A stretch of 64,000 bases of DNA from an uncultured Bacteroidia bacterium (GCA_902803715.1 CADCRA010000141.1:2132-66131), one strand, 5' to 3'; shown: positions 9,749 through 20,118, counted from the stretch's first letter. The notes: generated by a model not told the origin, from the sequence alone. A program made the numbers and translations.

Positions 9749-11932
9749 ATGGAAGTCCGTAAAACGAACGGCTCTTTTGAAGAGTTCGATAAAGAAAAAC
9801 TGTGCAGTGGTATCCGACTGGCTTATGTCCAGACCGGTCAGCCGGTTCCCGAAGATGTCGTGGTCTCTGTCGTCGACAATCTGTATATATATGACAAGAT
9901 GTCCAGCCAGGAGATCCGCCGCCAGGTCGTGGAATCCCTGATGTCCATCAACAAGAAAGCGGCCCTTGAATACATCGAGACCTTCGACCGCGGCATGGAC
10001 CTGCGCAAGAAGAACGACTTCATCAAGGATTATATCAAGGCATCCAACGCCGCGACGGGTTCCAAGTTCGACTCCAATGCGAACGTCACCAACAAGAACA
10101 TCGTGACCCTGGGCCATGAACTCTACAAGGAAAACAACATCAAGCAGAACCGCTATATCATGCAGGACAAGATCAAGGCGCTGTACGGCCGCAGCCTGGC
10201 CAAGCAGTACATCGCCGACCTGGAGTCCCATGTCCTCTACAAACATGACGAGAGCGGTACGCCGGGATATCCTTACTGCGTGGCCATCACCATGTACCCG
10301 TTCCTGGAATCCGGTCTGCGTGAACTCGGCGGCGTTTCGATCGCTCCGACCGACCTCAAGTCGTTCTGCGGCGAATTCATCAACCTGGTCTATTCGATCT
10401 CCTCGCAATTCATGGGTGCCGTCGCGACGCCCGAATTCCTGATGTACCTGGATTATTTCATCCGGAAGGATTACGGCGACAATTATCTGGACCGGCTCGA
10501 CGAGGTCGTCGAGAACAATACCAAGCAGCGGACGTTGGTCAAGGTCATCGACAATTGCTTCCAGCAGGTAGTCCATTCGATGAACATGCCGGCCGGCAAC
10601 CGCGGCTACCAGACCGTTTTCTGGAACATCGGCTATTTCGACAAGCCGTATTTCGAAGGCGTGTTCGGCGGTTTCCGGTTCCCGGACGGAACGGCTCCGA
10701 AATGGGAGACCCTGTCCTGGCTCCAGAAGCATTTCATGCGCTGGTTCAATGAGGAACGGAACCATTACATCCTGACATTCCCGGTCGAGACGATGGCCCT
10801 GCTGACCGACGGCGGGGACGACTTCGCCGACAAGGAGTATGCGGATTTCACGGCGCAGATGTGGGCGGAGGGGCACAGTTTCTTCTGCTACCTGTCCAAC
10901 AGCCCGGACAGCCTGTCCAGCTGCTGCCGCCTGCGCAATTCCCTGAAAGATCTTGAAGATGCGGAGCACAACCATACCACGCACCAGTACTCGATGGGTA
11001 CCGCTTCCGTGGCGACCGGTTCCAAGTCTGTCATGACCATCAACCTCAACCGCCTGATCCAGGATGCCGCCCGCAAGTATTTCAAGCAGGAAAAAGGCCT
11101 TGCCATGCCGGCCGGAACCGCCCTGGATCCGAAGTCGTATGACAAGGAGGTCCTGTACCGCTACATCCGGGAAGCCCTGACCGAGCAGACCGTACGCGTC
11201 CACAAATACCAGACGGCGTTCAACGAGATTATCAAGGATTTCCTCAAGGCCGACATGCTGGATGTCTACCGTGCCGGATTCATCGACATGAAGAAGCAGT
11301 ACCTGACGGTCGGTGTCAACGGCCTGACGGACGCCGCCGAATTCCTGGGCCTGACGATCAGTCCGAACGACTCCTACAAGGAGTTCGTCAATACGCTGCT
11401 GGAGACGATCAATATTGCCAACCGGAAAGACCGTACGAAGGAATGCATGTTCAACACCGAATTCGTTCCCGGGGAGAATCTTTCCGGCAAGAATTACAAG
11501 TGGGACCGGAAGGACGGCTACTTCGTCTCCGGCAAGCACAACATGTACAGTTCCTATTTCTACAATCCGGAAGACGAATCCCTGTCCATGATCGACAAGT
11601 TCAAGCTGCACGGCGAAGAATATGTCAAGTACCTGGACGGCGGTTCCGCACTGCACATGAACATCGCCGAACACCTGAGCAAGGACCAGTACCGCCAGCT
11701 GCTGAACACCGCCGCCCATTACGGCACGAATTATTTCACGTTCAACTGCCGGAACACGGTCTGCAACCATTGCGGCTATATCAGCAAGGATACCCTGGAC
11801 GTCTGCCCCCAATGCGGCAGCACGGACCTGGATTACCTGACGCGCGTCATCGGTTATCTCAAGCGGGTGTCTTCTTTCAGTGAAATGCGGCAGGAAGAGG
11901 CGCACCACCGCTATTACGCGAAAGAAGCATGA
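9749..11932 (+). CDS. nrdD: Anaerobic (class III) ribonucleoside-triphosphate reductase with N-terminal ATP cone
   Basis: ATP cone VRKTNGSFEEFDKEK; SSCCRL finger loop; Zn ribbon CNHC/CPQC; glycyl radical motif RVIGY. Confidence 0.95.
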   Translation: MEVRKTNGSFEEFDKEKLCSGIRLAYVQTGQPVPEDVVVSVVDNLYIYDKMSSQEIRRQVVESLMSINKKAALEYIETFDRGMDLRKKNDFIKDYIKASNAATGSKFDSNANVTNKNIVTLGHELYKENNIKQNRYIMQDKIKALYGRSLAKQYIADLESHVLYKHDESGTPGYPYCVAITMYPFLESGLRELGGVSIAPTDLKSFCGEFINLVYSISSQFMGAVATPEFLMYLDYFIRKDYGDNYLDRLDEVVENNTKQRTLVKVIDNCFQQVVHSMNMPAGNRGYQTVFWNIGYFDKPYFEGVFGGFRFPDGTAPKWETLSWLQKHFMRWFNEERNHYILTFPVETMALLTDGGDDFADKEYADFTAQMWAEGHSFFCYLSNSPDSLSSCCRLRNSLKDLEDAEHNHTTHQYSMGTASVATGSKSVMTINLNRLIQDAARKYFKQEKGLAMPAGTALDPKSYDKEVLYRYIREALTEQTVRVHKYQTAFNEIIKDFLKADMLDVYRAGFIDMKKQYLTVGVNGLTDAAEFLGLTISPNDSYKEFVNTLLETINIANRKDRTKECMFNTEFVPGENLSGKNYKWDRKDGYFVSGKHNMYSSYFYNPEDESLSMIDKFKLHGEEYVKYLDGGSALHMNIAEHLSKDQYRQLLNTAAHYGTNYFTFNCRNTVCNHCGYISKDTLDVCPQCGSTDLDYLTRVIGYLKRVSSFSEMRQEEAHHRYYAKEA

Positions 11933-12444
11933 TCAAGTATGTGCCGGAGATGACTTCGGTCGTCCTGGAGGAGATTCCGGACCGGGTCACGCTGGCCGTC
12001 GAGATCTCCAACTGCCGGGGAAACTGTACGGGATGCCATTCTCCTTTCCTGCGGCAGGACGTCGGAGCGCCGCTGACCCCTGCTGTCATCGATGCGCTGG
12101 TCCGGGACAATTTCGGCGTCAACTGTTTCCTGTTCCTGGGGGAAGGGCAGGATCCGGAGACCCTGCTGGCCTTGGCGGCGCATGTGCGCGCCCTCGGAAT
12201 GCCGGCGGCCCTGTACAGCGGCCGTGCCGAGGTGGAAGAGGCCGTCTGGGCCGCGTTCGACTATGTCAAGGTCGGCCCGTATCTTCCGGAACGGGGACCT
12301 TTGAATGACCGGAATACCAACCAGCGCCTGTACCGGGCCCTCGGGCCGGACGAGACAGAAACGGCCGACCTCGTCAAGGCCGGCCGGAAGTTCCGTGACA
12401 TGACCGCCCGATTCTGGCGGCGCGGAATCGATCCGCTGAAATAG
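11929..12444 (+). CDS. nrdG: Class III RNR activating radical SAM protein
   Basis: CxxxCxxC (CRGNCTGCHS), TNQR; 4-bp overlap with nrdD. Confidence 0.92.
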   Translation: MIKYVPEMTSVVLEEIPDRVTLAVEISNCRGNCTGCHSPFLRQDVGAPLTPAVIDALVRDNFGVNCFLFLGEGQDPETLLALAAHVRALGMPAALYSGRAEVEEAVWAAFDYVKVGPYLPERGPLNDRNTNQRLYRALGPDETETADLVKAGRKFRDMTARFWRRGIDPLK

Positions 12445-12445
12445 A

Positions 12446-13318
12446 CTATCGTGCGAGGAGGCTGTCAACCTTGGAAACCAGGGTCTCGAAAGCCTCTTCG
12501 TCGTACAGGCGGGTCCGGTAGACAATCTTGCCGTCCCGGTCGATCAGGACATTGCGGGTAATGCCGGAATCATGCAGGGCGAACTTGTCGAAAATCTGGC
12601 CTTGCGGATCGAAAGCCATGGGATAGGTGATTCCGGTCACTTCCTTGAATTTCAGCATTTTCTCAATGGGTTCATCCCGGTCGACGGCAATGAATTCGAA
12701 GTCCTTGTCGCCGTTGTGACGAAGCCAGATGCGGGACTCCAGATGTGGCATTTCCTTGCGGCATACGCTGCACCAGGATGCGGTGAACTGCAGCAGAACG
12801 ACTTTCCCGCGCAGGTCGGACAACTGCACGAAGGGCCCTTGGCCGCCGGCAAACGCCGGATCATAGTCTTTCATGGCATCCACCAGTTCCATGCTGAAAT
12901 CCGGTGCCATGTCCCCGTCGAAGACGATATAATCCCACAGGTCGGAGACCGTTTTACCGGCTTCCGTCCAGGCCGTGATGCCGCCGTCCAGGTTGAGGAC
13001 GTTTCCGAATCCGGCTTTCACCAGTTTCCGCGCTGCGTCGGCACTCCGTCTGCCGCCGCGGCAATAGACGGCGACGGGACGGTCGGGATCCAGGCTTCCG
13101 GTCGCGTTCGGGAGGAAGTCTTCCGCCTGTACATCCATGTTTACGGCACGCGGAATATGCGTTCCGGCGAATTCCTCCGGTGTGCGGACGTCGACCAGCT
13201 GGACGAGCGTGTCAGCGACAGCCGTTTCGAAATCGGCAGGGGAGAGGGTCTGGAATTTTGGGCCGCATCCGGCCAGGACGGCCGCAGAGGCCAGCAGGGA
13301 AGTCAGGATTCTTTTCAT
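12446..13318 (-). CDS. Lipoprotein with rhodanese and TlpA/thioredoxin-like domains
   Basis: Lipobox LAGC; DVRTPEEF...HIP and YCRGGRRS; ASWCSVC. Confidence 0.88.
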   Translation of the reverse strand: MKRILTSLLASAAVLAGCGPKFQTLSPADFETAVADTLVQLVDVRTPEEFAGTHIPRAVNMDVQAEDFLPNATGSLDPDRPVAVYCRGGRRSADAARKLVKAGFGNVLNLDGGITAWTEAGKTVSDLWDYIVFDGDMAPDFSMELVDAMKDYDPAFAGGQGPFVQLSDLRGKVVLLQFTASWCSVCRKEMPHLESRIWLRHNGDKDFEFIAVDRDEPIEKMLKFKEVTGITYPMAFDPQGQIFDKFALHDSGITRNVLIDRDGKIVYRTRLYDEEAFETLVSKVDSLLAR

Positions 13319-13365
13319 GGTATAATCGTTTTTTTCAATGCAGATACTAGCAGGCGGCGCATCGG

Positions 13366-14109
13366 TCAGAGTGGACGGATCTCGATGACCGTCAGGCAAT
13401 GGCCGGAGACGCGGAAGCGGATGTCGTGGCCGGCGAAGGCCATGCCGTAGATCTTTTCCGGATCATCGTGGAAGGCGGGGCGGGGGTCCTGTGCGAGGAT
13501 GTCGCGCAGGATTTCAAGGTCTTCTTTCCGGAGGTCGCAGGCGCTGTCCGTTTCCGGGGAGAATTCTACGGTCAGCGGTTCCCAGTCGACCTGGTCCGTG
13601 AAGCCGCTCCGGGCATCGGGACGGCTGTCCGCGTACCGGACATAGGGCTTGATGTCATAAATGGGCGTTCCGTCCATCAGGTCGGCTCCCAGGACATGGA
13701 TGACGGGGCCTTCGGGGCTGTCCCACTCGATCCGCTCCAGTTTGACGCAGGACAGGCCGAGCGGGTTCGGGCGGAACGGGGAGCGGGTCGCAAAGACGCC
13801 GAGCCGGGTGTTGCCGCCGAGCCGGGGCGGACGGACGGTCGGTTGCCAGACCACCGTTTTGTCGCGGGTCGCCTGTTCTTCCGTACCAGTTCCATCAGCG
13901 TTTTCCACATGCCGGGGGCGGTTGCCGGAGAATTCCCAGATCAGCCACAGATAGTCGAAACCGTCGAGGCCCCGCAGGGCGGAAGGATCACGGAATGCAG
14001 GTTCCAGGACAATGGTGCCCCGCAGTCCGGCCGCCAGTCCGCTCTGCCGCGGAATGCCGAATTTCGTGGCGAAGGGGGAATGGAAAATGGCGATGGGGAG
14101 GATGTTCAT
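13366..14109 (-). CDS. tsaA: tRNA m6t6A37 methyltransferase TrmO/TsaA
   Basis: KFGIPRQSG, GVFATRSPFRPNPLG, GTPIYDIKPY, QDPRP. Confidence 0.92.
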   Translation of the reverse strand: MNILPIAIFHSPFATKFGIPRQSGLAAGLRGTIVLEPAFRDPSALRGLDGFDYLWLIWEFSGNRPRHVENADGTGTEEQATRDKTVVWQPTVRPPRLGGNTRLGVFATRSPFRPNPLGLSCVKLERIEWDSPEGPVIHVLGADLMDGTPIYDIKPYVRYADSRPDARSGFTDQVDWEPLTVEFSPETDSACDLRKEDLEILRDILAQDPRPAFHDDPEKIYGMAFAGHDIRFRVSGHCLTVIEIRPL

Positions 14110-14118
14110 AATCGTCTT

Positions 14119-15156
14119 TTAGTAATAGTAACGGTTGTCGAAATCGAAGTCCATGTCCGGGAGGCGGATCTCATGGAAAACCGGCGTCTGGATGGAAAAC
14201 CAGCCGGTCCCTCCTTCGATGTTGGTCGGCAAGGCGACCGGTTCCATGATGCCCGGGATGTAATCCTCGTTGACCAGGGTTCTGGCGGCACGGAGGTATT
14301 GGTAATCTTCCAGCGGGGAAGCGTCGATCCGCAGCCGGACCCGCCGCGTGAAATGCGCACTTCCTTCCGTGTATTCGTAGGTATCGGGCGGCCAGTCCAG
14401 CATACCCCGCCGGATGCCGACGCGGAGCGAAACGGCTTCATCGCGGAACAATTTGTCCTGGAAAGGAATGGACTGTTCCTCCCGATAGGTTTCCGTGTCG
14501 AAATCCAGGAAACTGTATCCGGCTCCGTCCGTCAGGACCGGATCATCGGAATACTCCAGGGTCAGGTTATCCGTCTTGTGCGAACGGACCGTCTCTCCGG
14601 CGTTCTTCACTTCCAGGTCTCCGTCCCGCACCGCAGAAATCATGTATCCGTTTTCTTCGCCCCGGATATCTTCCAGCCGGATTCGGAACTGCACCAGCTC
14701 CCAGGTATAATCTTCGTTCTGCCGGCTGATGCCGGACGTGTCGACCTGCCGGATGACAGCCGCCTGCGGGACGGTGGCTTCCGTGCGTGCATGGAAGCCA
14801 CCGTCGTCCGCGCTGGCCTCCAGGACGACTTTGTCTCCGGGCTTCAGGTCCGCCCGGATCCGGAATCCCTTCTGCCGGGAACGGATGAAGGCCCATTCCT
14901 CATATTCTTCGGGGGCGAGCGGAACGCCCGTCGCGGCTGTCTGGCCGTTGATGATGCAGCGGACCTGTCCGTTTTGGATTTCCCGGATGCCGGACAGGGC
15001 GCTGATGCCCATCCAGACCAGATGGACCGAATCATCCTGGCGGAAGGTGGCGTTCAGGATGAGCAGGTCTTCCGTATGCTCCGGCTTGTATTCGAAATCA
15101 TTGACGCATGCGGTCAGCAGCCCCAGGCTCAGGAATAATATGGCGATTTTTTTCAT
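14119..15156 (-). CDS. DUF4249-like lipoprotein
   Basis: Lipobox LTAC; C-terminal EP..LPTNIEGGTG; directly downstream of a TonB-dependent receptor. Confidence 0.75.
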   Translation of the reverse strand: MKKIAILFLSLGLLTACVNDFEYKPEHTEDLLILNATFRQDDSVHLVWMGISALSGIREIQNGQVRCIINGQTAATGVPLAPEEYEEWAFIRSRQKGFRIRADLKPGDKVVLEASADDGGFHARTEATVPQAAVIRQVDTSGISRQNEDYTWELVQFRIRLEDIRGEENGYMISAVRDGDLEVKNAGETVRSHKTDNLTLEYSDDPVLTDGAGYSFLDFDTETYREEQSIPFQDKLFRDEAVSLRVGIRRGMLDWPPDTYEYTEGSAHFTRRVRLRIDASPLEDYQYLRAARTLVNEDYIPGIMEPVALPTNIEGGTGWFSIQTPVFHEIRLPDMDFDFDNRYYY

Positions 15157-15161
15157 GCGTT

Positions 15162-17576
15162 TCAGAAGTTGTAGGTATAACCGATGGAGGGAAGGAAGGG
15201 GAGGACGGTGATCTTTTTCATTTTTACCGTGCTCTGGTAGGAACCGGATGTATCTTCATATTCCCAGTCCGAGGAACGGATGACGAAATTCGGATTCTTC
15301 TGCATGTAGACATTGTAGATGCTGAAGTTCCAGATGCTCTCTCCGTGTTTCTTTTTCTTGTGCCGGTTCAGGCCGATGTCCAGGTGGTGGGTGGCCGGCA
15401 AGCGGAAATTGTTGCGCGAAGAGACATATTCGACCTGGTGGAGGGTCCCGTTCGGCATCAGGACGGCCGTTTCCCTTTCCGGAATCGTCGTCGTGCCGCC
15501 GGAAGCCAGGTTCCAGCTGGCGTTGAAGTCCCATTTCTCGTTCAGTTTGTGGTTGAGGACCAGGTTCAGCTTGTGCCGGCGGTCATACCGGTAGGGGAAA
15601 CGCCTGCCTCCGTTGATGCTGCCGTCCGGGAAGATGCGGTCGCTCTTGGCCAGGGTATAGCCCAGCCAGCCGGTGGTCCTGCCCATCGTCTTCTCAGCAT
15701 AGAATTCGATGCCCATGGCCCTTCCGTTGCCCATCTCCACTTTTTCTTCCCAGCCATGCGTGTTGAACATGAAACTGACGCCGTCCTTGTATTCCAGGAC
15801 ATTGCGGATGTCTTTCCAATAGCCTTCCAGGGAGAATTCCCAGCCTCGCAGCCCGCTGTAGTAGACCCCAAGGGAATACTGGTCGGAAATTTCCGGCCGG
15901 ATATTCTTGGTGATCGGAACCCACAGGTCGACCGGCAGGGAAATCATCGAGGAAGACAGCAGGTGGACATACTGCGCCATCCGGGACCAGGATGCCTTGA
16001 CCGACCAGTCAGCCGGGAAGGCCCATTTCGCCGCGAGGCGCGGCTGGATGGATCCGTAGGTCTTACCCTGGGTGTGGAACAGGGAGAGATGGACGCCCGG
16101 ATTGAGGGTCAGGTGTCGCCCGAGCGTAAAATCATCTTCCAGGTACAGGGCGGCTTCATGGCCGAGGATCCGGGCTTCGTCCGCCGACTGGAAATGGAAG
16201 GTCGTATCGACGACGACTTCGCCGTTTTCCGTCTCCCGGCTCATGGCCGAGAGGTTCTGCGGGATGAAGGTGTGGCGCAGGTATTCTCCGCCGAACCGGA
16301 CCAGGTGGTTCGGATTGGGAGAATAGTCGAAATCGATCTTTGCGTTCCAGTCGCGGATGCCGGAGCGGTAGTCGAACCGGGCGATGAAGGAAGAAGTCTG
16401 ATCGTTGAAACGGGATTCTTCCCGGATGTCCGTCCCGACGCTCATCCGGTAGGCGTTGTATGCGAGGGTCGTGTTGGCGAACAGTTTTCCGGTAAACGCG
16501 TGATTCCACCGCAGGGCCGCCACGGTATTGCCCCAGCCCAGGTCGATCTTGTCATTGACCTGGGAAAGGCTCGCATTCGACCGGGAATCATCCTTGTCCT
16601 TGTAATAGAACGTATCCCGGCCCTTGTAGAGATTGAAATACAGCCTGTCCCCATTCCCGAAACGGTGGGTTACCTTGGCATTGACGTCATAGAAATAATA
16701 ATTGGCGGGCAGCTTTTCACCGGTCATCTTTTCCAGCATCGGCCTCAGCAGGGGAACGACGAAGACCGTGTGCATGCCCCGCCCGCTCAGGGAATAGGAG
16801 GTCCGCCCTTTCCACAGCGGCCCTTCGATGTGCAGTTTGTCGCTGATTGCGCTGATCCCGAAAGTGCCGTGGGTCTCATACAGGTTGCCGTCGTTGGTGC
16901 GGACATCGATGATGCTGGATACCCTTCCGCCGTACCGGGCCGGGAAGGAGCCTTTGTACAAGGTCACTTTCTTGACCGCTTCCGGCTGGAAAATGGAAAA
17001 GAGTCCGAGCAGGTGTTCGGCGTTGTAGACCGGGATGCCGTCCAGCAGCAGGAGGTTCTCGTCCGGTCCGCCGCCGCGGACATAGAGTCCGGAAAAACCT
17101 TCTGCACCGCCCTGGACGCCGGGCAGGAGCTGCAAGGTCTTGAGCACGTCCGCTTCGCCGAACAGGACGGGGACCTGCTTGATGGCATGGACCGGGACTT
17201 CGATCGCGCTCATCTTGGTCGACTGGATGCCTGCTTCCTTCTGGGCTGTCACGACGGCCTCCGACAGGGTAGCGCCGGGCCGGAGAGAGATGTCGAGCGT
17301 CGTATCCCGCTGCAGTTGCAGGCGGACCGTCTCGGTCTCATATCCGACATAGGTATAGGTGAGCACCGCCTCGCCGGTCGGCAAGGTCAAGGTGTAGAAA
17401 CCGAAGTTGTTGGTGACCGCACCGGTTTTTCCACAGACGGCACCGGCCCCGATCAATGTCTCGCCGGTTCCGGCATCCGTGATGCGCCCGCTGACGGTCA
17501 CGCTGACCTGGGCGGCCAATCGGCCGGCCGTCAGAAACAGCAGGTACAGGGTAATTATGGAATAAATCCGTTTCAT
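15162..17576 (-). CDS. TonB-dependent outer-membrane receptor
   Basis: Carboxypeptidase-regulatory-like N-terminus, plug LLPGV...VRGG, FPARYGGR, C-terminal F. Confidence 0.92.
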   Translation of the reverse strand: MKRIYSIITLYLLFLTAGRLAAQVSVTVSGRITDAGTGETLIGAGAVCGKTGAVTNNFGFYTLTLPTGEAVLTYTYVGYETETVRLQLQRDTTLDISLRPGATLSEAVVTAQKEAGIQSTKMSAIEVPVHAIKQVPVLFGEADVLKTLQLLPGVQGGAEGFSGLYVRGGGPDENLLLLDGIPVYNAEHLLGLFSIFQPEAVKKVTLYKGSFPARYGGRVSSIIDVRTNDGNLYETHGTFGISAISDKLHIEGPLWKGRTSYSLSGRGMHTVFVVPLLRPMLEKMTGEKLPANYYFYDVNAKVTHRFGNGDRLYFNLYKGRDTFYYKDKDDSRSNASLSQVNDKIDLGWGNTVAALRWNHAFTGKLFANTTLAYNAYRMSVGTDIREESRFNDQTSSFIARFDYRSGIRDWNAKIDFDYSPNPNHLVRFGGEYLRHTFIPQNLSAMSRETENGEVVVDTTFHFQSADEARILGHEAALYLEDDFTLGRHLTLNPGVHLSLFHTQGKTYGSIQPRLAAKWAFPADWSVKASWSRMAQYVHLLSSSMISLPVDLWVPITKNIRPEISDQYSLGVYYSGLRGWEFSLEGYWKDIRNVLEYKDGVSFMFNTHGWEEKVEMGNGRAMGIEFYAEKTMGRTTGWLGYTLAKSDRIFPDGSINGGRRFPYRYDRRHKLNLVLNHKLNEKWDFNASWNLASGGTTTIPERETAVLMPNGTLHQVEYVSSRNNFRLPATHHLDIGLNRHKKKKHGESIWNFSIYNVYMQKNPNFVIRSSDWEYEDTSGSYQSTVKMKKITVLPFLPSIGYTYNF

Positions 17577-17694
17577 TCTTTTTCCGATTCATCCGCCGTG
17601 GCGGGATTCTTGCAGCAAAGATAACCCAAATATACCTTTCCTCACATTCGTGTGGGAGTTTTTTCGTATTTTTGCACTACGTACTGAAACCGCC

Positions 17695-18951
17695 ATGCAT
17701 TCGAAACATCTGTTCCTCACCATATTGATGTCGGGCCTTTGCCTGCTTGTCTTTTTCCCTTCCTGCCACCGGCGTCCTTCTGCCGAAGAAGCCGAGCCTG
17801 TCCGGGATACCATTTATCCGCTGGGATTCTGTACCGATTCCTTTGACCTGGTCGACGGAACGCTCCGCTCCGGAGAGATCCTGACCAGCCTGCTGCAGCG
17901 GCTCGGACTCGGACCGCAGGAAGCCTATGAACTCTCACAGGCGGCCGATTCCGTCTTCGACGTCCGCAAACTCCGGGCCGGAAACGGCTGGCAAGCCTAT
18001 TTCGAAGCGGATACCTCCGAAGTCGGTCCGCTCCGCTACCTGGTGTATTCGCAGGACAAGGTGCATCTGGTCGTCTTCCGGTGCCAGCCGCCGTACGAGG
18101 CCTGGACTGTCGCCAAGCCGGTCGAAGCGGTCCGCCGCAGTACCGACATCACGATCCGGACCTCCCTGTGGAACGACATGGTCGCGGCCGGCGTGTCGCC
18201 GCTGCTGATCGTCCAGCTCTCGGAAATCTTTGCCTGGACAGTCGACTTCTTCACCCTGCAGCCGGGAGACCGTTTCCGGGTCTTGTATGACGAAGAATGG
18301 TGCGACGACGAGATCATTTCCGTCCGGGCGGTCGACTATGCCGTGTTCAACCGGGAAGACAAGGAAGTGCCGGCCGTGCGTCTCCAGCAGGAAGAAGGAG
18401 TCGACCAATATTGGGGTCCGGACGGGGAAAGCCTGAAAAAGGCCTTCCTGAAAGCTCCGCTGAAATATACGCGCATCTCTTCCGGTTTTTCCTACCACCG
18501 CAAGCATCCGGTCTACGGCTATACGCGGGCCCATACCGGCGTGGATTATGCGGCTCCGACCGGAACGCCGGTCATGAGCATCGGTGACGGCACCGTCATC
18601 AGCAAGGGCTGGGGCGGCGGTGGCGGCAACACTGTCAAGATCCGTCACAATTCCGTCTATACGACAGCCTATCTCCATCTTTCGAAATACGCGGCCGGAC
18701 TGAAGGTCGGGGACCATGTCAGCCAGGGAGATGTCATCGGATACGTCGGCATGACCGGAACGGCGACCGGCCCGCACCTGGATTTCCGCGTGTGGGAAAA
18801 CGGGACGCCCATCAATCCGCTGACCATGGATTCTCCGGATGCCGAGCCGCTGCGGGAGGAACTCCGCCCGATGCTGGATTCCGTGTTCCGCCGCTACCGC
18901 GCCGAACTGGATTCCCTTCTCGCCGCACCCGCCGATTCCGTTCACCGGTAA
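17695..18951 (+). CDS. M23-family peptidoglycan DD-endopeptidase (MepM-like)
   Basis: HTGVD, YLHLS, GPHLD; TATTTTTG promoter element at 17667. Confidence 0.92.
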   Translation: MHSKHLFLTILMSGLCLLVFFPSCHRRPSAEEAEPVRDTIYPLGFCTDSFDLVDGTLRSGEILTSLLQRLGLGPQEAYELSQAADSVFDVRKLRAGNGWQAYFEADTSEVGPLRYLVYSQDKVHLVVFRCQPPYEAWTVAKPVEAVRRSTDITIRTSLWNDMVAAGVSPLLIVQLSEIFAWTVDFFTLQPGDRFRVLYDEEWCDDEIISVRAVDYAVFNREDKEVPAVRLQQEEGVDQYWGPDGESLKKAFLKAPLKYTRISSGFSYHRKHPVYGYTRAHTGVDYAAPTGTPVMSIGDGTVISKGWGGGGGNTVKIRHNSVYTTAYLHLSKYAAGLKVGDHVSQGDVIGYVGMTGTATGPHLDFRVWENGTPINPLTMDSPDAEPLREELRPMLDSVFRRYRAELDSLLAAPADSVHR

Positions 18952-19032
18952 AAACCGGCGTTTCGTTGAAGTTTTTTCAGATTCCCGTGTTTCTTTCCGA
19001 TTCTTGTACCGGAATTATTAAGAGACACGGGT

Positions 19033-19446
19033 ATGAAACTGATAAAAACCTTGGCGGCGGGACTGGCCATGTTGCTGATCCCCGTCCTGGCCTCTGCCCA
19101 GACGACGCAGAAAATCAATAAGAAAAACCTGGTGATCAAGGAATGGAACACCAGTGCGAAGACCAACCGGAAAGTCCTCGACCATGTCACGACGTACAAC
19201 GCCGACGGTCTGAAGATCGAGGAAATCGAGTACAATTCTGACGGCCAGAAATGGCGGAAGCGGTATGAATACGACGCTTCCGGCAAGGCTACCCGTGAAC
19301 TGGTCTACAATGAACGGAACAAGTTGTACGAAGTCAAGAAATTCGAATACAACGAGTTCGGCAAGAAAAAGACCCAGTACCTGTACGACGCCAACGGCAA
19401 ACTGCAGACGGTCAAAGTCTACGAATACCTGACCGAAGATGCCTGA
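19033..19446 (+). CDS. Secreted Lys/Tyr-rich protein with YD-like repeats
   Basis: Signal peptide ending ASA-Q; YNADG, YNSDG, YDASG, YNERN, YNEFG, YDANG. Confidence 0.8.
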   Translation: MKLIKTLAAGLAMLLIPVLASAQTTQKINKKNLVIKEWNTSAKTNRKVLDHVTTYNADGLKIEEIEYNSDGQKWRKRYEYDASGKATRELVYNERNKLYEVKKFEYNEFGKKKTQYLYDANGKLQTVKVYEYLTEDA

Positions 19447-20035
19447 CGCCCCTTATAACCGGATGCTGGCCAGCCTGGAACCCATCACCCTGGCGGAGAT
19501 GGATTCCATCAGGCTGATGAACCGCATTGACAGCAAGTATGTGACCGACGAAGTGACGCTCGGCCGCATTCTGGCCGATGCTTTCTCTGATTTCCGGAGC
19601 GTTCCCCAGGCCTGTGCCTTCGTGGCTGAGAAGTCCGACTTTACCGCCGACCGGATCGCACCGCGGATGACGACGGCTTTCGACCGGATCACCCTGGTCA
19701 ACGCCGAGAAGACCGAACGGCTGACCATCGACCTGCACCTGCATTTCCACAATGTGGTCAGCGGACTGGATGCCGGCCTCGGTCCGGCCGTCATCATCGA
19801 ACTCAAGCAGGACGGCCGCGCAGACAGCCGGATGAAGCGGATCCTGCTGGAACGCCGGGCCGAACTGATCGCGGATCTGGAAAAACGCGTCGGGGTCCGG
19901 GTGGACAACCTGGAGGTCGGTCATGTCGATTTCCTGAAAGATGCCGCCTTCATCAAGGTCTACTATACCCTGGACAGGGGCGTCTCCAATTCCATTGATA
20001 CCCTGACCCGGGCCAAGGATTTCGTGGAGCAATGA
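19439..20035 (+). pseudogene. Internally deleted VTC/polyphosphate-polymerase domain fused to the C-terminus of DUF4956
   Basis: VTC-type PITLAEM..RLMNRIDSKY, RITLVN, ERLTID and IELK present, but the central YYDT/RxRxY/ExK block and terminal SKY are absent; C-terminus AELIADLEKR...VGHVDFLKD...VYY is DUF4956-like. Confidence 0.7.
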
Positions 20036-20118
20036 CCCTTTCCGCCTTCTGTATTCGCGAAATTATCCCTATCTTTGGCGCCGGGAGGCAAGTTCCTCCG
20101 TTATCAAACATCGGTGTC

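Noticed and set aside
14119-17576. SusC/SusD polysaccharide utilisation locus
   Set aside because: The 804-aa receptor lacks SusC hallmarks, its partner is DUF4249-like, and no CAZymes are adjacent
19033-19446. RHS/YD toxin
   Set aside because: Only 137 aa with a Sec signal; no RHS core, toxin tip or immunity gene
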